64,000 bases of DNA from Dehalococcoidia bacterium (GCA_034423055.1 DAOUJE010000044.1:6328-70327), one strand, 5' to 3'. Shown: positions 19,661 to 29,668, numbered from the stretch's first letter. Made by a program: numbers and translations. Notes: generated by a model from the letters alone, not told the origin.

Positions 19661-20051
19661 ACAAGAACGCCAACCCGAGGTTGAACAACCCGCTGACGAA
19701 GAAACCGTCGAGGTAGAAACGGTATCCGAAGCAGTTGTAACTGAAGATACTGAAGTCGAAGATATCCCCGACGAAGAGCCGTCCTCGGACGACGACATCG
19801 GCGAAGTCGAGGGCGAATCTGAAATGCGCGATATGATCGGCTATATCGCAAGGGTTTTAGTTGACGACGTGGACGCAGTCCAAGTTCGATCCCAATGGAG
19901 CGACGGGCGCCTCAACATCAACCTCAAGGTAGCCGATGCCGACAAAGGCAAAGTCATCGGGCGACGAGGCAGAGTCGTCCATGCGATGCAGTCGCTGCTC
20001 CGGGTCGCCGCAACTAAATCAAACATGCGAGCTGGCATCGACGTCGAGTAG
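19653..20051 (+). CDS. KH domain RNA-binding protein (UPF0109/YlqC-like) with acidic N-terminal extension
   Basis: The ATG at 19653 overlaps the rpsP stop (the track ORF starts at 19584 inside rpsP). C-terminal part: VADADKGKVIGRRGRVVHAMQSLL. Confidence 0.75.
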   Translation: MLEQERQPEVEQPADEETVEVETVSEAVVTEDTEVEDIPDEEPSSDDDIGEVEGESEMRDMIGYIARVLVDDVDAVQVRSQWSDGRLNINLKVADADKGKVIGRRGRVVHAMQSLLRVAATKSNMRAGIDVE

Positions 20052-20100
20052 ACCGCGTTTCGCCGTGGTCGAAACGGCTTCATCGGAAAGGAGGGCTTAA

Positions 20101-20865
20101 ATGTCAGGCCATTCTAAGTGGAGCACCATCAAGCACAAGAAGGGTGCCGCCGACGCTAAACGCGGGCAACTCTTCACCAAACTCACGCGCGAAATCACCG
20201 TCGCCGCTAGAGAGGGTTCCGACGACCCTGACATGAATTTCCGCCTGAGACTGGCAATAGACAACGCCAAGTCTCAGAACATGCCTAAAGATACCATCGA
20301 ACGCGCCGTAGCCAAAGGTGCCGGCAAAGGTGCTGACGGCAACGCTCTTGAGGAACTCACCTACGAAGCCTACGGTCCCGGCGGCACCGGCTTCATCATA
20401 CAGACGCTCACCGACAACCGCAACCGTGCCGCTTCCGGCATCCGCTCAAAGGTCACCCGCAGCGGCGGCAACCTCGCCGCCAACGGTGCCGTGTCGTGGA
20501 ACTTCGAGCAAAAAGGGCTCGTCACACTAGAGGTCGAAGGTGCCGATCCTGAAGAGGTCGCTCTCGAAGTCATGGACATCGGCGCTGAGGATGTTGACAT
20601 CGAGGAAGACCTCGTCAGCATCACATTCCCGTTCAACGAATTCGCGAGAGCGAAAACCGAACTGGAATCGCTCAGCGACGTCCGGGTTGAAAACGCCGAG
20701 TTGGCCATGATCCCCAACAACACCGTACCTCTCGAAAAATCGCAAGCGCTCCAGACCCTTCGCCTCCTCGACGAACTCGAAGAACTCGACGACGTGTCCA
20801 AGGTCTTCACCAACGCCGACTTTCCTGAGGAAGTGCTCGAGGAGTTCCTCGCCCAGCAAGGCTGA
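20101..20865 (+). CDS. YebC/PmpR family DNA-binding transcriptional regulator
   Basis: MSGHSKWSTIKHKKGAADAKRGQLFTKLTREI... Confidence 0.9.
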   Translation: MSGHSKWSTIKHKKGAADAKRGQLFTKLTREITVAAREGSDDPDMNFRLRLAIDNAKSQNMPKDTIERAVAKGAGKGADGNALEELTYEAYGPGGTGFIIQTLTDNRNRAASGIRSKVTRSGGNLAANGAVSWNFEQKGLVTLEVEGADPEEVALEVMDIGAEDVDIEEDLVSITFPFNEFARAKTELESLSDVRVENAELAMIPNNTVPLEKSQALQTLRLLDELEELDDVSKVFTNADFPEEVLEEFLAQQG

Positions 20866-20893
20866 GGCCAAGGGAAGTTTGAGGCACTGGGGC

Positions 20894-21751
20894 ATGCCCC
20901 TCTCACGCCATCACGTCCACAGCGTCGTCCAATCCGCGCTTGAAGAAGACTGCGCCTTCAACGATGCCACCACATCAGCGACGATCAGCGAATCCGATAT
21001 CCGCGCCTGTGCGCATCTAATCGCCAAACAGTCCGGAATGATCGCCGGCATACCAGTCGCTGAAGAGGCCTTCAACGTCCTCGATCCGCAATCCGAATTC
21101 GTAGCCTATCTCGATGACGGCCAACCAGTCGAAGCAGGAATGAGGATCGCGACCGTATCGGGCAAAGCCGCCGCGATCCTGAGCGCCGAACGCACCGCTC
21201 TCAACCTGCTCCAACGCATGAGCGGCATCGCAACATTGACCGCACAATACGTCGATGCCGTCCGAAACACCAACGCGTCAATCGTCGATACCCGCAAAAC
21301 CGTCCCCGGTCTCCGAGTCCTAGACAAATACAGCGTCTTGATGGGTGGCGGCGGCAATCACCGGATGTCCCTCGCTGATTGCATCCTCATCAAAGACAAT
21401 CACATCGCTGCCATGAAATCCCAAGGAATGTCGATCGCAGATGTGATCCGACACGCGAGATCCAACGCCCCGTTCTCCATCAAGATCGAAATCGAAGTAG
21501 AAAACGTCGACGATGCAATTGATGCGATGAACGCGGGAGCGGATATCGTCATGCTCGACAACATGTCGTCCGATGCCATGCGTGAAGCCGTAGCCCGTCG
21601 CGTCGGTCAATCGCTGTTGGAAGCATCCGGCAACGTAACTCTCGCCAACGTGCGGCAAGTCGCCGAAACGGGGGTGGATATCATATCCGTCGGCGAACTG
21701 ACCCACTCCGTCTCAGCTTTAGACATTTCCCTCGACTTCAAAGTCGATTGA
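20894..21751 (+). CDS. nadC: Nicotinate-nucleotide pyrophosphorylase (carboxylating)
   Basis: ERTALNLLQRMSGIAT, DTRKTVPGLR, KYSVLMGGGGNHR, MLDNM. The start could also be 20879. Confidence 0.85.
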   Translation: MPLSRHHVHSVVQSALEEDCAFNDATTSATISESDIRACAHLIAKQSGMIAGIPVAEEAFNVLDPQSEFVAYLDDGQPVEAGMRIATVSGKAAAILSAERTALNLLQRMSGIATLTAQYVDAVRNTNASIVDTRKTVPGLRVLDKYSVLMGGGGNHRMSLADCILIKDNHIAAMKSQGMSIADVIRHARSNAPFSIKIEIEVENVDDAIDAMNAGADIVMLDNMSSDAMREAVARRVGQSLLEASGNVTLANVRQVAETGVDIISVGELTHSVSALDISLDFKVD

Positions 21752-21757
21752 GAACGC

Positions 21758-22231
21758 CTAACCTCGTCGTCTACCCCGGTGGCGATCAGTTGAATCGAGG
21801 ATGAAGGTCGCCGGTCCCTCATTCACTAATTCGACATCCATCATCGCCCCGAACACACCGAGTTGAACGTCGATGCCAGCTAGTTCGAACGCTTCAGCCA
21901 CCTTGTCGAACATCGGGCTTGCAACATCGCCTGGCGCTGAAGCTGTGAATCCTGGACGACGTCCCTTGCGAGTATCCGCATAGAGTGTGAACTGGCTGAT
22001 CAACAGCACTGCACCGCCAACGTCGAGGAGGGAAAGATCGAAGCCGGATGTACCTTCAACCGCTTTGAATATCCGAAGATTGACCGTCTTGTTCACCAGA
22101 TAATCGATGTCGGGCTCTTCATCGTCGTGCGTGACTCCAACTAGAATCACTAAGCCCTTTCCGATCTCGCCCGTCGTCTCACCATCGACGGTTACTTTGG
22201 CTCTGGTCGAGCGTTGGATTACAAAGCGCAA
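21758..22231 (-). CDS. dtd: D-aminoacyl-tRNA deacylase
   Basis: MRFVIQRSTRAKVTVDGE...GKGLVILVGVTHDD...SQFTLYADTRKGRRP. Confidence 0.9.
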   Translation of the reverse strand: MRFVIQRSTRAKVTVDGETTGEIGKGLVILVGVTHDDEEPDIDYLVNKTVNLRIFKAVEGTSGFDLSLLDVGGAVLLISQFTLYADTRKGRRPGFTASAPGDVASPMFDKVAEAFELAGIDVQLGVFGAMMDVELVNEGPATFILDSTDRHRGRRRG

Positions 22232-22246
22232 CAGTTGTCACTCGTA

Positions 22247-22525
22247 TCAGTCGGAAGATGAAGACTTGCTCTTCGACTTCTCTTTGCTCTTGGAGCCGGA
22301 ATCAGACGATTCGCTATTCGATTCGGTCTTTGACCTAGATGCGGACCCGTTCCGACCATAGTCGGTGGTGTAGAAACCAGATCCTTTGTAAACCACCATC
22401 GGTATCGAGAGTTGGCGCTTCGCCAATTCTCCGCAACAGCTGCACATAGCTACCGGTTCCGACGAAAAGCTTTGCATCACCTCGAATACGTGGCCTTTTT
22501 CACACTTGTAGTCGTAGAAGGGCAT
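22247..22525 (-). CDS. FmdB-family zinc-ribbon protein with Ser/Lys-rich tail
   Basis: MPFYDYKCEKGHVFEVMQSFSSEP...CSCCG, then SASRSKTESNSESSDSGSKSKEKSKSKSSSSD. Confidence 0.7.
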   Translation of the reverse strand: MPFYDYKCEKGHVFEVMQSFSSEPVAMCSCCGELAKRQLSIPMVVYKGSGFYTTDYGRNGSASRSKTESNSESSDSGSKSKEKSKSKSSSSD

Positions 22526-22627
22526 CGGGAACTCGCGATTGTTGGCTGATTCGCAAAGATTGCGGCGATTTCAACCAATCTTGGTCGCGGACATCAGTTT
22601 GCGAAGGACTTCGTTTCTCATGCGATT

Positions 22628-24703
22628 TTAACAGTTAACGCCTCTCAACTGGACTGCGAGCGAATCAACATCGGTGACCGGCAATTCGCACGCGTAGTTC
22701 CGACAAACGTACGCGGTTGGCAACCCATCGATCATCTTGCGACCTTCGAAAAGCGGCATCGAGGCATTGGCTTCGTCGCCGCCCGCCGGATCCAGATGGG
22801 CAATGATGCGGTCAGGATTAAAACCGGTTCTTGCTTCGCGTAGCATCGCGGTCGTTGACGAATGCTCTTTTTCGCCGACAATCACCACCTGTTTTACGGG
22901 GTTGGCGTAAAACTCCGCCGCCTGCAGCCACCATGAAAACGCGGATGGCGCGCGTTCCATCAATTCGCGGACCGTCCTCAGGTTGGCTGCCCCGACCCTT
23001 TCCAGATCCACGTTTCCGGTGAATTCGGCACAACGGAGCAACGCCATCGATGCCGCCGATCCTCCACTCGGTTGTGCGTTGTCGAACGTGTCGCGAGGCC
23101 TTACGATCAACGCCTCCTGATCGGATCCGGTGTCGTAAAACACTGAATCCGCAGGATGCCAGAAAAGTTCTATCATCGCATCGCACAACTCTTCTGCCTG
23201 TTCCAACCACCTCAGATCGAATGTCGCTTCGTAGAGATGTGTCAAAGCATCCGCGAGATACGCGTAATCCTCCAAGAAACCTGGAATCGTTGCGACCGAA
23301 TCCGATTCAGCCTTACAACTACGCATCAAACGACCGTCTTCACGAACCAACCGGTCGAAAACGAACTCCGCGTTCTTGACCGCGACATCGATCCAGTCAT
23401 CGCGGCCAAACACCGCTCCGGCCTCTGTAAACGCGCGCATCGCCAGTGCGTTCCATGATGTGATGACCTTATCGTCGGTCATCGGGGGGACGCGATTGAG
23501 CCGTTCAGCGTAGAGCAACCGTTTCGCCTCGCCGATCTTAGACATCAACTCCTCAACCGACAAACCGAGTTCGGTTGCGACCGATTCGTCAGATCGATGC
23601 ATGTTGAGGATGTTGTGCCCCTCGAAGTTGCCGAAACGCGTCACATCCCAATACATCGTCGCTACGCGTCCGAGCTCGCTACCCAACACCTTCTCGATCT
23701 CTGTTGGTTGCCAAACGAAAAACTTGCCTTCCTCGCCCTCTGAGTCAGCATCGGTCGCGGAGTAAAACGCGCCTGTCTGACGGTGCCGCATCTCGCGATC
23801 CAAGTAGTTGAGCGTCTCTTCCACCACCTTTGCAAAGTCAGGATTCATACTCCGCTGCCAAGCGTGGAGATACAGGCTAGCCAACTGGGCGTTGTCATAC
23901 AGCATCTTCTCGAAGTGCGGTACTAACCAGACGGAGTCGACTGAGTATCTGTGGAACCCGCCTCCAATCTGATCGTAGATTCCGCCACGCGCCATCTTGG
24001 TCAGCGTCAGATCGACGAATTCCTGCACCAGATCATTGCCCTGCAATTTGGAGTGTGTCAGCAGAAACTCGTACAGCATCGGCTGTGGGAATTTCGGCTG
24101 CAGGCCGATACCGCCATTCTGCGAATCGAATTCCGGCGCCAAATGACGATAAGCCGAGTGGAACATCGATTGTGCGATCGGCTCGATGCTCATCCGGGCC
24201 CGAGATTGGGACGAAATCGCATTCACCACGCGCGACGCGCTCGCTGCAATTTCTCCCCGTCGATCCCGATACGCCTCCGCAACCGCAGTCAACACACGCG
24301 GAAACGACGGCATTCCGCCCCGATCCTCGCTCGGAAAGTATGTCCCTCCGTAAAACGGCGCCCCGTCTGGCGACAAAAACACCGACATCGGCCATCCGCC
24401 ATGGCCTGTCATCGACTGCACTGCCGACATATAGATCGAGTCGATGTCTGGTCGTTCCTCGCGATCGACCTTGATGTTGACGAATAGCTCGTTCATCAAC
24501 GCCGCGATCTCCTCGTTTTCGAACGACTCTCGCTCCATGACGTGGCACCAGTGGCACGCGGAGTAACCGACGCTGAGGAAAATGGGCTTGTCGAGTTCTT
24601 TGGCGAGCGTGAGTGCTTCATCGCCCCAGGGGTACCAATCGACCGGATTGTCCTTGTGTTGAAGTAGATACGGGGATGTCTCTTGCGCTAATCGATTCGC
24701 CAC
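22628..24703 (-). CDS. Thioredoxin domain-containing protein (DUF255/YyaL-like, N-acylglucosamine 2-epimerase-fold C-terminus)
   Basis: [22 protein letters not shown]...[21 protein letters not shown]. Confidence 0.8.
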   Translation of the reverse strand: MANRLAQETSPYLLQHKDNPVDWYPWGDEALTLAKELDKPIFLSVGYSACHWCHVMERESFENEEIAALMNELFVNIKVDREERPDIDSIYMSAVQSMTGHGGWPMSVFLSPDGAPFYGGTYFPSEDRGGMPSFPRVLTAVAEAYRDRRGEIAASASRVVNAISSQSRARMSIEPIAQSMFHSAYRHLAPEFDSQNGGIGLQPKFPQPMLYEFLLTHSKLQGNDLVQEFVDLTLTKMARGGIYDQIGGGFHRYSVDSVWLVPHFEKMLYDNAQLASLYLHAWQRSMNPDFAKVVEETLNYLDREMRHRQTGAFYSATDADSEGEEGKFFVWQPTEIEKVLGSELGRVATMYWDVTRFGNFEGHNILNMHRSDESVATELGLSVEELMSKIGEAKRLLYAERLNRVPPMTDDKVITSWNALAMRAFTEAGAVFGRDDWIDVAVKNAEFVFDRLVREDGRLMRSCKAESDSVATIPGFLEDYAYLADALTHLYEATFDLRWLEQAEELCDAMIELFWHPADSVFYDTGSDQEALIVRPRDTFDNAQPSGGSAASMALLRCAEFTGNVDLERVGAANLRTVRELMERAPSAFSWWLQAAEFYANPVKQVVIVGEKEHSSTTAMLREARTGFNPDRIIAHLDPAGGDEANASMPLFEGRKMIDGLPTAYVCRNYACELPVTDVDSLAVQLRGVNC

Positions 24704-24713
24704 ATCAGTCCTT

Positions 24714-26264
24714 TCAAGCGCCTACGAGTTCGATGGTGCCGACGGTTCCAGTATCGACATCGAGTCTGCGAACACTGTGGTTGTTAGTGTCGGCGACATA
24801 AACAGTTCCGTCGCGATACGAAATACCGGCCGGTTCATCGAAGCTCGCGTTGAGAGCATCTCCATCCGCAGTGCCCTGAGTTCCGTCACCAGCGACCGTG
24901 GTTACCCGAAGCGTGCTCAAATCCATGCGTTTGATCTTGTGGTTGTAGGAATCGGCGATATAGACCGCGCCGGGCGCCCACGTCACATCCTGCGGATGCT
25001 GCAACACCGCGTCTTTTCCGATGCCGTCGTGGTCACCGAAATCGAACAGCCCAGTACCAGTCAGCGTCACGACCCGTCCACCCGAGCCGATCTTTGCCAC
25101 CCTGATCGCGCTGGTTTCGGAATCGGCGAAAAAGAGGTTGTTGCCGTCGAGCGCCAACCCATACGGTTGGGCAAGCAATGCCTCCAAACGTTCACCGTCA
25201 ACGATATTTTCGGCACCGGTACCAGCGAACGGCTCGATCATCCCAGCGCTGACATCCATCTGCCAAAGCTGGTGTGCACCCGCCATTGCGATGTAGAGGA
25301 TTCCGTCGGCATATTCAAGGTCGTACGGAGAGTTGAGAGGAAAAGCTATAGCTTCGCCGCCAGCGTGACGGATGAGAGATTGCTCTCCCGTACCCGCGAT
25401 TACTGACACCATCCCGGATGCCATGTCCACGCGTTGGATTGTGTGGGTTCCAGCATCAGCCACAAAAAGCACTTCGCCATCGAGAGCCATGCCTTGAGGG
25501 TTGTCGAACAAAGGCGCATTGAAACTCCATTCGCTTCCGATGGGGTTCAACACACCGGGCGGAGGGTCGAACGACTCGAGTGCTAACGGGCTTTCGCCGT
25601 TACCGATGATGTTGCTGACTTTGCCGTCTTCGGTTGCGACGATGACGCGGTGGTGGTTGGAATCTGCGATGTAAAGGTTGCCGTCGTCCGCCGCGAGTAT
25701 CTTGCCCGGAAACGATAGCGCACCATGGCTTCCCGCTTCAGAACCGTATTCGAACGGAACAGGATCGCGGTTCAGCAGTCCAGAGCCGTCGAACTCATCG
25801 ACCATCGCGGTAAGCACGCGGTCCATCGCATCTAGCTGGAATTCGCCCTCGTGCCTCCCAATCACCTTGCCTTCCGGATCGATAAACATCAGCGTGGGCC
25901 ATGCCCGTGCGGCAAATGCGGACATCACGCGCAACTCGACATCGTTCACGACGGGATGGTTGACGTTATAACGGCTTGCCGCGGCGCGGACATTTTCGGT
26001 TGCTCGTTCGGTATCGAACTTTGCCGAGTGAATCCCGATCACGAACAGTTCGCCCGTATACTTCTTCTCCAGCTTCCGCAACTGCGGAAGTATATGCATG
26101 CAGTTAATTCAACAGTAGGTCCAAAAATCGAGAATAACGATCTTGCCGCGCAGATCGGACAGCTTTATCGGTTTGCTCGAGTTGATCCATTCGAGACCAT
26201 CAGGGAACTCTGGGGCGCGCACCTTTCCGGCGTAAGAGGGTGCAGTGGGTTGCGATGCGGCCAT
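24714..26264 (-). CDS. Thioredoxin-like / NHL-repeat protein (NHLRC2-like), putative selenoprotein with in-frame UGA
   Basis: Track ORFs 26109..26318 and 24714..26099 are the same frame, joined by TGA ATT AAC TGC. The read-through gives [22 protein letters not shown]. The start ATG at 26262-26264 has GGAG 8 nt upstream. The C-terminal part has repeated NHL-like blocks ([65 protein letters not shown]). Confidence 0.7.
26073..26090 (-). promoter_or_regulatory. Candidate bacterial SECIS hairpin
   Basis: mRNA sequence CUUCCGC-AGUU-GCGGAAG: perfect 7-bp stem, 4-nt loop containing GU, starting 18 nt after the UGA. Confidence 0.5.
26109..26111 (-). other. In-frame UGA proposed to encode selenocysteine (codon 52)
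   Basis: It sits at the first position of the xINC redox motif (C-[TGA]-I-N-C). selB is in the window and a hairpin lies 18 nt downstream. Confidence 0.6.
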
Positions 26265-26349
26265 GAATAGCGCTCCGATACGGTTAGTGGTTCGATGGAT
26301 ATAGCGCAATTGTCGCACGATCCGCGTTTATGTTTCGCATAATTGACTT

Positions 26350-27276
26350 ATGCGCGATTCGACAAATCCAGACGAAGTGAACGAGCGAGACGGATCTGAA
26401 GGTCCGTCAGTCACTCCTCCGCACGAAGATGATCTGCGCTCGATCATGTTTGGGCGTTCGATCCAACGTCCACAACTAATCGAGCCCGGTCAGTACTCTG
26501 AGGAAGCGAAATCCGATGCTGAACCTGCATGGTCAGACACGGCATCTGATACCAACGTTACCGATGATCCGCCTTGGCAAGGACGCGACATTGATTCGGC
26601 CGACGAGCCCATGGAGCACACTTACGAGCGGCCTCCGTTTTACACGTCTTCAGAAGACGCTATGGGCCCTCTACATCCCGAAGAAGTGGCGAGGTTCGGA
26701 CCTCCTGCCGGATTCGGTCGAAGGTTCGTGTCGTACCTCATCGACCTCGCGGTCACGTTATTCATACTCGGTTTACTGTTTCCTTTGCTGTTAGGCATGC
26801 CATTGTTCGATTTTGATGCGACAGCGGTAGACAATGAGTTGGATACAACCGGCGAAACGAATGTCCCGTCTGTGACTCTCGCACCGGCGGAAGGGGACGA
26901 AGCTACACAACTTAACCAAGATGAGATCGCTTTAACCGATCTTTTGCCGTGGTACGGCACACTCTCAGGCACGATATTGTTTTTGGTGCTTCCGATCATC
27001 TACAACACCTTGCTGATCGGGATTTGGGGAACAACATTTGGAAAACGACTTCTGAACGTTTACGTACTGGACAAAGGTGGTAACGTGCCAGGAATACCGA
27101 TTGCGTTTATGAGAGCGGTTACGAGCGTGGTCTCTGCCAACGTTCTCTACATTGGTCACCTTTTCATCTTCCGAACGGACCACCGCGCACTTCATGACCT
27201 GCTGGTCGGGACCTACCCGATAACTCGATCATCCGCGGAAGACCCCGCCGCGCGGGGCGAAGAGTTGGTCGATTGA
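26350..27276 (+). CDS. RDD family membrane protein with acidic disordered N-terminus
   Basis: The C-terminal half has FGRRFVSYLIDLAVTLFILG and further TM segments typical of RDD domains. Confidence 0.6.
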   Translation: MRDSTNPDEVNERDGSEGPSVTPPHEDDLRSIMFGRSIQRPQLIEPGQYSEEAKSDAEPAWSDTASDTNVTDDPPWQGRDIDSADEPMEHTYERPPFYTSSEDAMGPLHPEEVARFGPPAGFGRRFVSYLIDLAVTLFILGLLFPLLLGMPLFDFDATAVDNELDTTGETNVPSVTLAPAEGDEATQLNQDEIALTDLLPWYGTLSGTILFLVLPIIYNTLLIGIWGTTFGKRLLNVYVLDKGGNVPGIPIAFMRAVTSVVSANVLYIGHLFIFRTDHRALHDLLVGTYPITRSSAEDPAARGEELVD

Positions 27277-27319
27277 ACCCAAAGCAACCCATCACGTCGT
27301 AGATCTGGAGCGAATCGAC

Positions 27320-28234
27320 ATGTCAGACAAACTGAAGGTATTGATCACAGGAGCAAGTGGCTACATAGCGTCGCAGATGCTCGCGGAGTATCGGGATCGT
27401 TACGATTTGACGCTGATCGATGCGATTGACACCGACCGCGATGGGAACCCAGTCGACGGCGTCCAAATCGTCGACCTGATTGACCCTGATCGCTCCGCAT
27501 ACGAAAAGCACTTTGCCGGACAGAATGCGGTCATACATCTCGCGTACAAGAGGTCGAGCCCGGGAGGTGTTTACGGCAGCGACGTTCCCCACATCGATCG
27601 CTTTGCCACCGAGCACGAAAACGTTCAGATGGCCAACAACGTCTACCGGTGCGCCTACGACGCGGATGTAAGGCGTGTTGTGGTCGCAAGTTCCAACCAC
27701 GCTGCCGATTGGTACGAACACGCGCTGATTCACAACCGCAAAAAAGAGATGGTCTTCGAAGACGAAGTACCGCTGTCGGACAATTTCTACGGTTGGGCGA
27801 AGGCGGCGTATGAGCTTCTTGCTTATCCGTACGCTTGCGGCGGATTTGGACGCAAACTGGAAGTCGTGCAGGTCCGCATCGGCAATCCGCGTGAGACCGA
27901 TGCCGACGAATTGCTCGCACACGCTGACGAGTTACACGGCGGCACGGGTCAATCGACGTATAAGCGTGGGTTAGGTGCTCACTTCAGCGAACGCGACCTC
28001 CGGCAGCTCTTCATCAAAGCGATCGAAACTCCCGATATCGAGAATGAGCACGGCGTTCCATGGTTAGTCGTCTATGGCATCAGTGCCAACACCCGCGCGT
28101 TCTGGTCGCTGGAGAATGCTCGTCGTGTGCTTGGTTACGAGCCGCAGGACGATTCCGAACTGAAGTTTACGAATCGGATCATCCAGCATTTGACCGTCGA
28201 TGATCCTGCGGGACCGGGCAAGGTCGGTGATTAA
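27320..28234 (+). CDS. NAD-dependent epimerase/dehydratase family (extended SDR) protein
   Basis: KVLITGASGYIASQM Rossmann motif; YGWAKAAYE (YxxxK). Confidence 0.75.
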   Translation: MSDKLKVLITGASGYIASQMLAEYRDRYDLTLIDAIDTDRDGNPVDGVQIVDLIDPDRSAYEKHFAGQNAVIHLAYKRSSPGGVYGSDVPHIDRFATEHENVQMANNVYRCAYDADVRRVVVASSNHAADWYEHALIHNRKKEMVFEDEVPLSDNFYGWAKAAYELLAYPYACGGFGRKLEVVQVRIGNPRETDADELLAHADELHGGTGQSTYKRGLGAHFSERDLRQLFIKAIETPDIENEHGVPWLVVYGISANTRAFWSLENARRVLGYEPQDDSELKFTNRIIQHLTVDDPAGPGKVGD

Positions 28235-28400
28235 GAGTTCGGCGGGAAGGGTAGAAGTTGGTGCGATTGCGGCACCGATTGGGTAAAGAGGCTACAAACC
28301 CTTGGTGCTAGCGCGATCTTAAGTTCTGACTCCAACGCCCTTCCCTGCCGTTCCATTGGTGGCTCACAGATTGCCGAACGTGAGCACACAACATGGCTTG

Positions 28401-29543
28401 CTAGAGCAGTGCTGGCACACGCGATTTTTCTCTCGGTCGATCGACCAGCCATTCGGGTGCACCGAACAGATCGTCAATGACATCATCTGCCGGTTCAGCG
28501 ACAAGGGGTACAGATGACGCGGTACCGACTAGATTGAAACTCTGTTCCGCATCTGTCCGAGTCGGCGATTCGGCATTGACCTTCTCCGCTCTTGGGCGCA
28601 TCCCGGCGAGGATGCTGATACGGAGTCGATTTGCTTTGCTTGAATCGCCGTTGGGGATGAAGGATGTCGACAACACCGCCTTTTGAGACAACTCATTCTG
28701 CACGACAGCAATTGCAGAATTGAGAGCTTTGATCGACATGTCGCGCGGCCCAGCGACGATCACGCTAACAAAATCTGCGTCGTTCAGATCCAGCCCTGAA
28801 GTGATCGGATGCTTGATAGCCTCGCGCGTTACCTTGCGGTATTCGGAAACATCCTCGCTAACCGCGTATGAGATCAGCGTCTCACCGCCGCATTTGATCG
28901 CATCCAGCAGCTCATGAGCGGTATTCAGTGTCCCGAACGATTCGGCATTCGACGCTGAGAGCACATTCATCACCACGCGAGCCTTCGCAGCCGAGAGTTC
29001 GGATGCCAAGTCACCAGCGATCGACGCGTTAGACAATGCGTTGTCGGCCTCAATCAGTGCAAGAGAGCAACCGGTGTTTCGAACGCGCTGCAACGCTGTG
29101 CGAGCGGTGTTCGATCGCGTACGACCTTCAAACGCGAATGGCATCGTCAAAATTGCCAGAACCGACGCACCTGTCGACATCGCGGTCCGAAGCACCGCGG
29201 GCAAGATTTCCACGGTTGTCGTCCCGCCTAAGCCAGCCATGACGAACACGATCGGCGCTTTGCCGATCAACGTCTTAAGTCGGAACAGGTCGTTTTTGTC
29301 GACATATTCGTAGTCCTCGATCCCTTCGCCCTCGCGAGTGAACATCGGATAACCGATCGAAATCCGTCGGCCGGTGTTGACTGCGCGTAGATCGTCCATC
29401 TCGCGATCCACAGCGATGACGTCGTCAGGATTTCCCAAAACTTTCGACAGTTCGGACGCAGTTCTGGCTCCCGCGCCGCCAACTCCAATAATCGCGAAAT
29501 CCTTGGATGCGGTGGCGTTTCGTCCATCTCGTATGATCGTCAT
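28401..29543 (-). CDS. Divergent FtsZ/tubulin-family paralogue
   Basis: FAIIGVGGAGARTA (G-box 1), IVFVMAGLGGTTTVEILP in place of [30 protein letters not shown] in place of NLDFAD. ATG at 29543 preceded by GGAGAG; the track ORF extends to a TTG at 29597. Confidence 0.7.
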   Translation of the reverse strand: MTIIRDGRNATASKDFAIIGVGGAGARTASELSKVLGNPDDVIAVDREMDDLRAVNTGRRISIGYPMFTREGEGIEDYEYVDKNDLFRLKTLIGKAPIVFVMAGLGGTTTVEILPAVLRTAMSTGASVLAILTMPFAFEGRTRSNTARTALQRVRNTGCSLALIEADNALSNASIAGDLASELSAAKARVVMNVLSASNAESFGTLNTAHELLDAIKCGGETLISYAVSEDVSEYRKVTREAIKHPITSGLDLNDADFVSVIVAGPRDMSIKALNSAIAVVQNELSQKAVLSTSFIPNGDSSKANRLRISILAGMRPRAEKVNAESPTRTDAEQSFNLVGTASSVPLVAEPADDVIDDLFGAPEWLVDRPREKSRVPALL

Positions 29544-29668
29544 GTTGCTCTCCAAGTAATGGGCATCGGGGGAATGCCTGTTGAAACTTCTGTTCAATTA
29601 TTAGGATAGCACACTGGTTCTAGTAAAATGCAAGCGCGAACACGATATTTTTCAGACATTTGTGAAAG

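Noticed and set aside
20370-20906. 178-aa minus-strand ORF
   Set aside because: It is antisense to the strongly supported yebC-family gene, and its Ser-rich translation has no motifs.
26109-26111. TGA as a plain stop, i.e. a pseudogene or two separate genes
   Set aside because: The downstream ORF would start only 3 codons later in the same frame. The split would fall in the middle of a thioredoxin-fold redox motif. selB and a well-placed hairpin are both present. A sequencing error (TGC/TGT read as TGA) cannot be excluded without reads.
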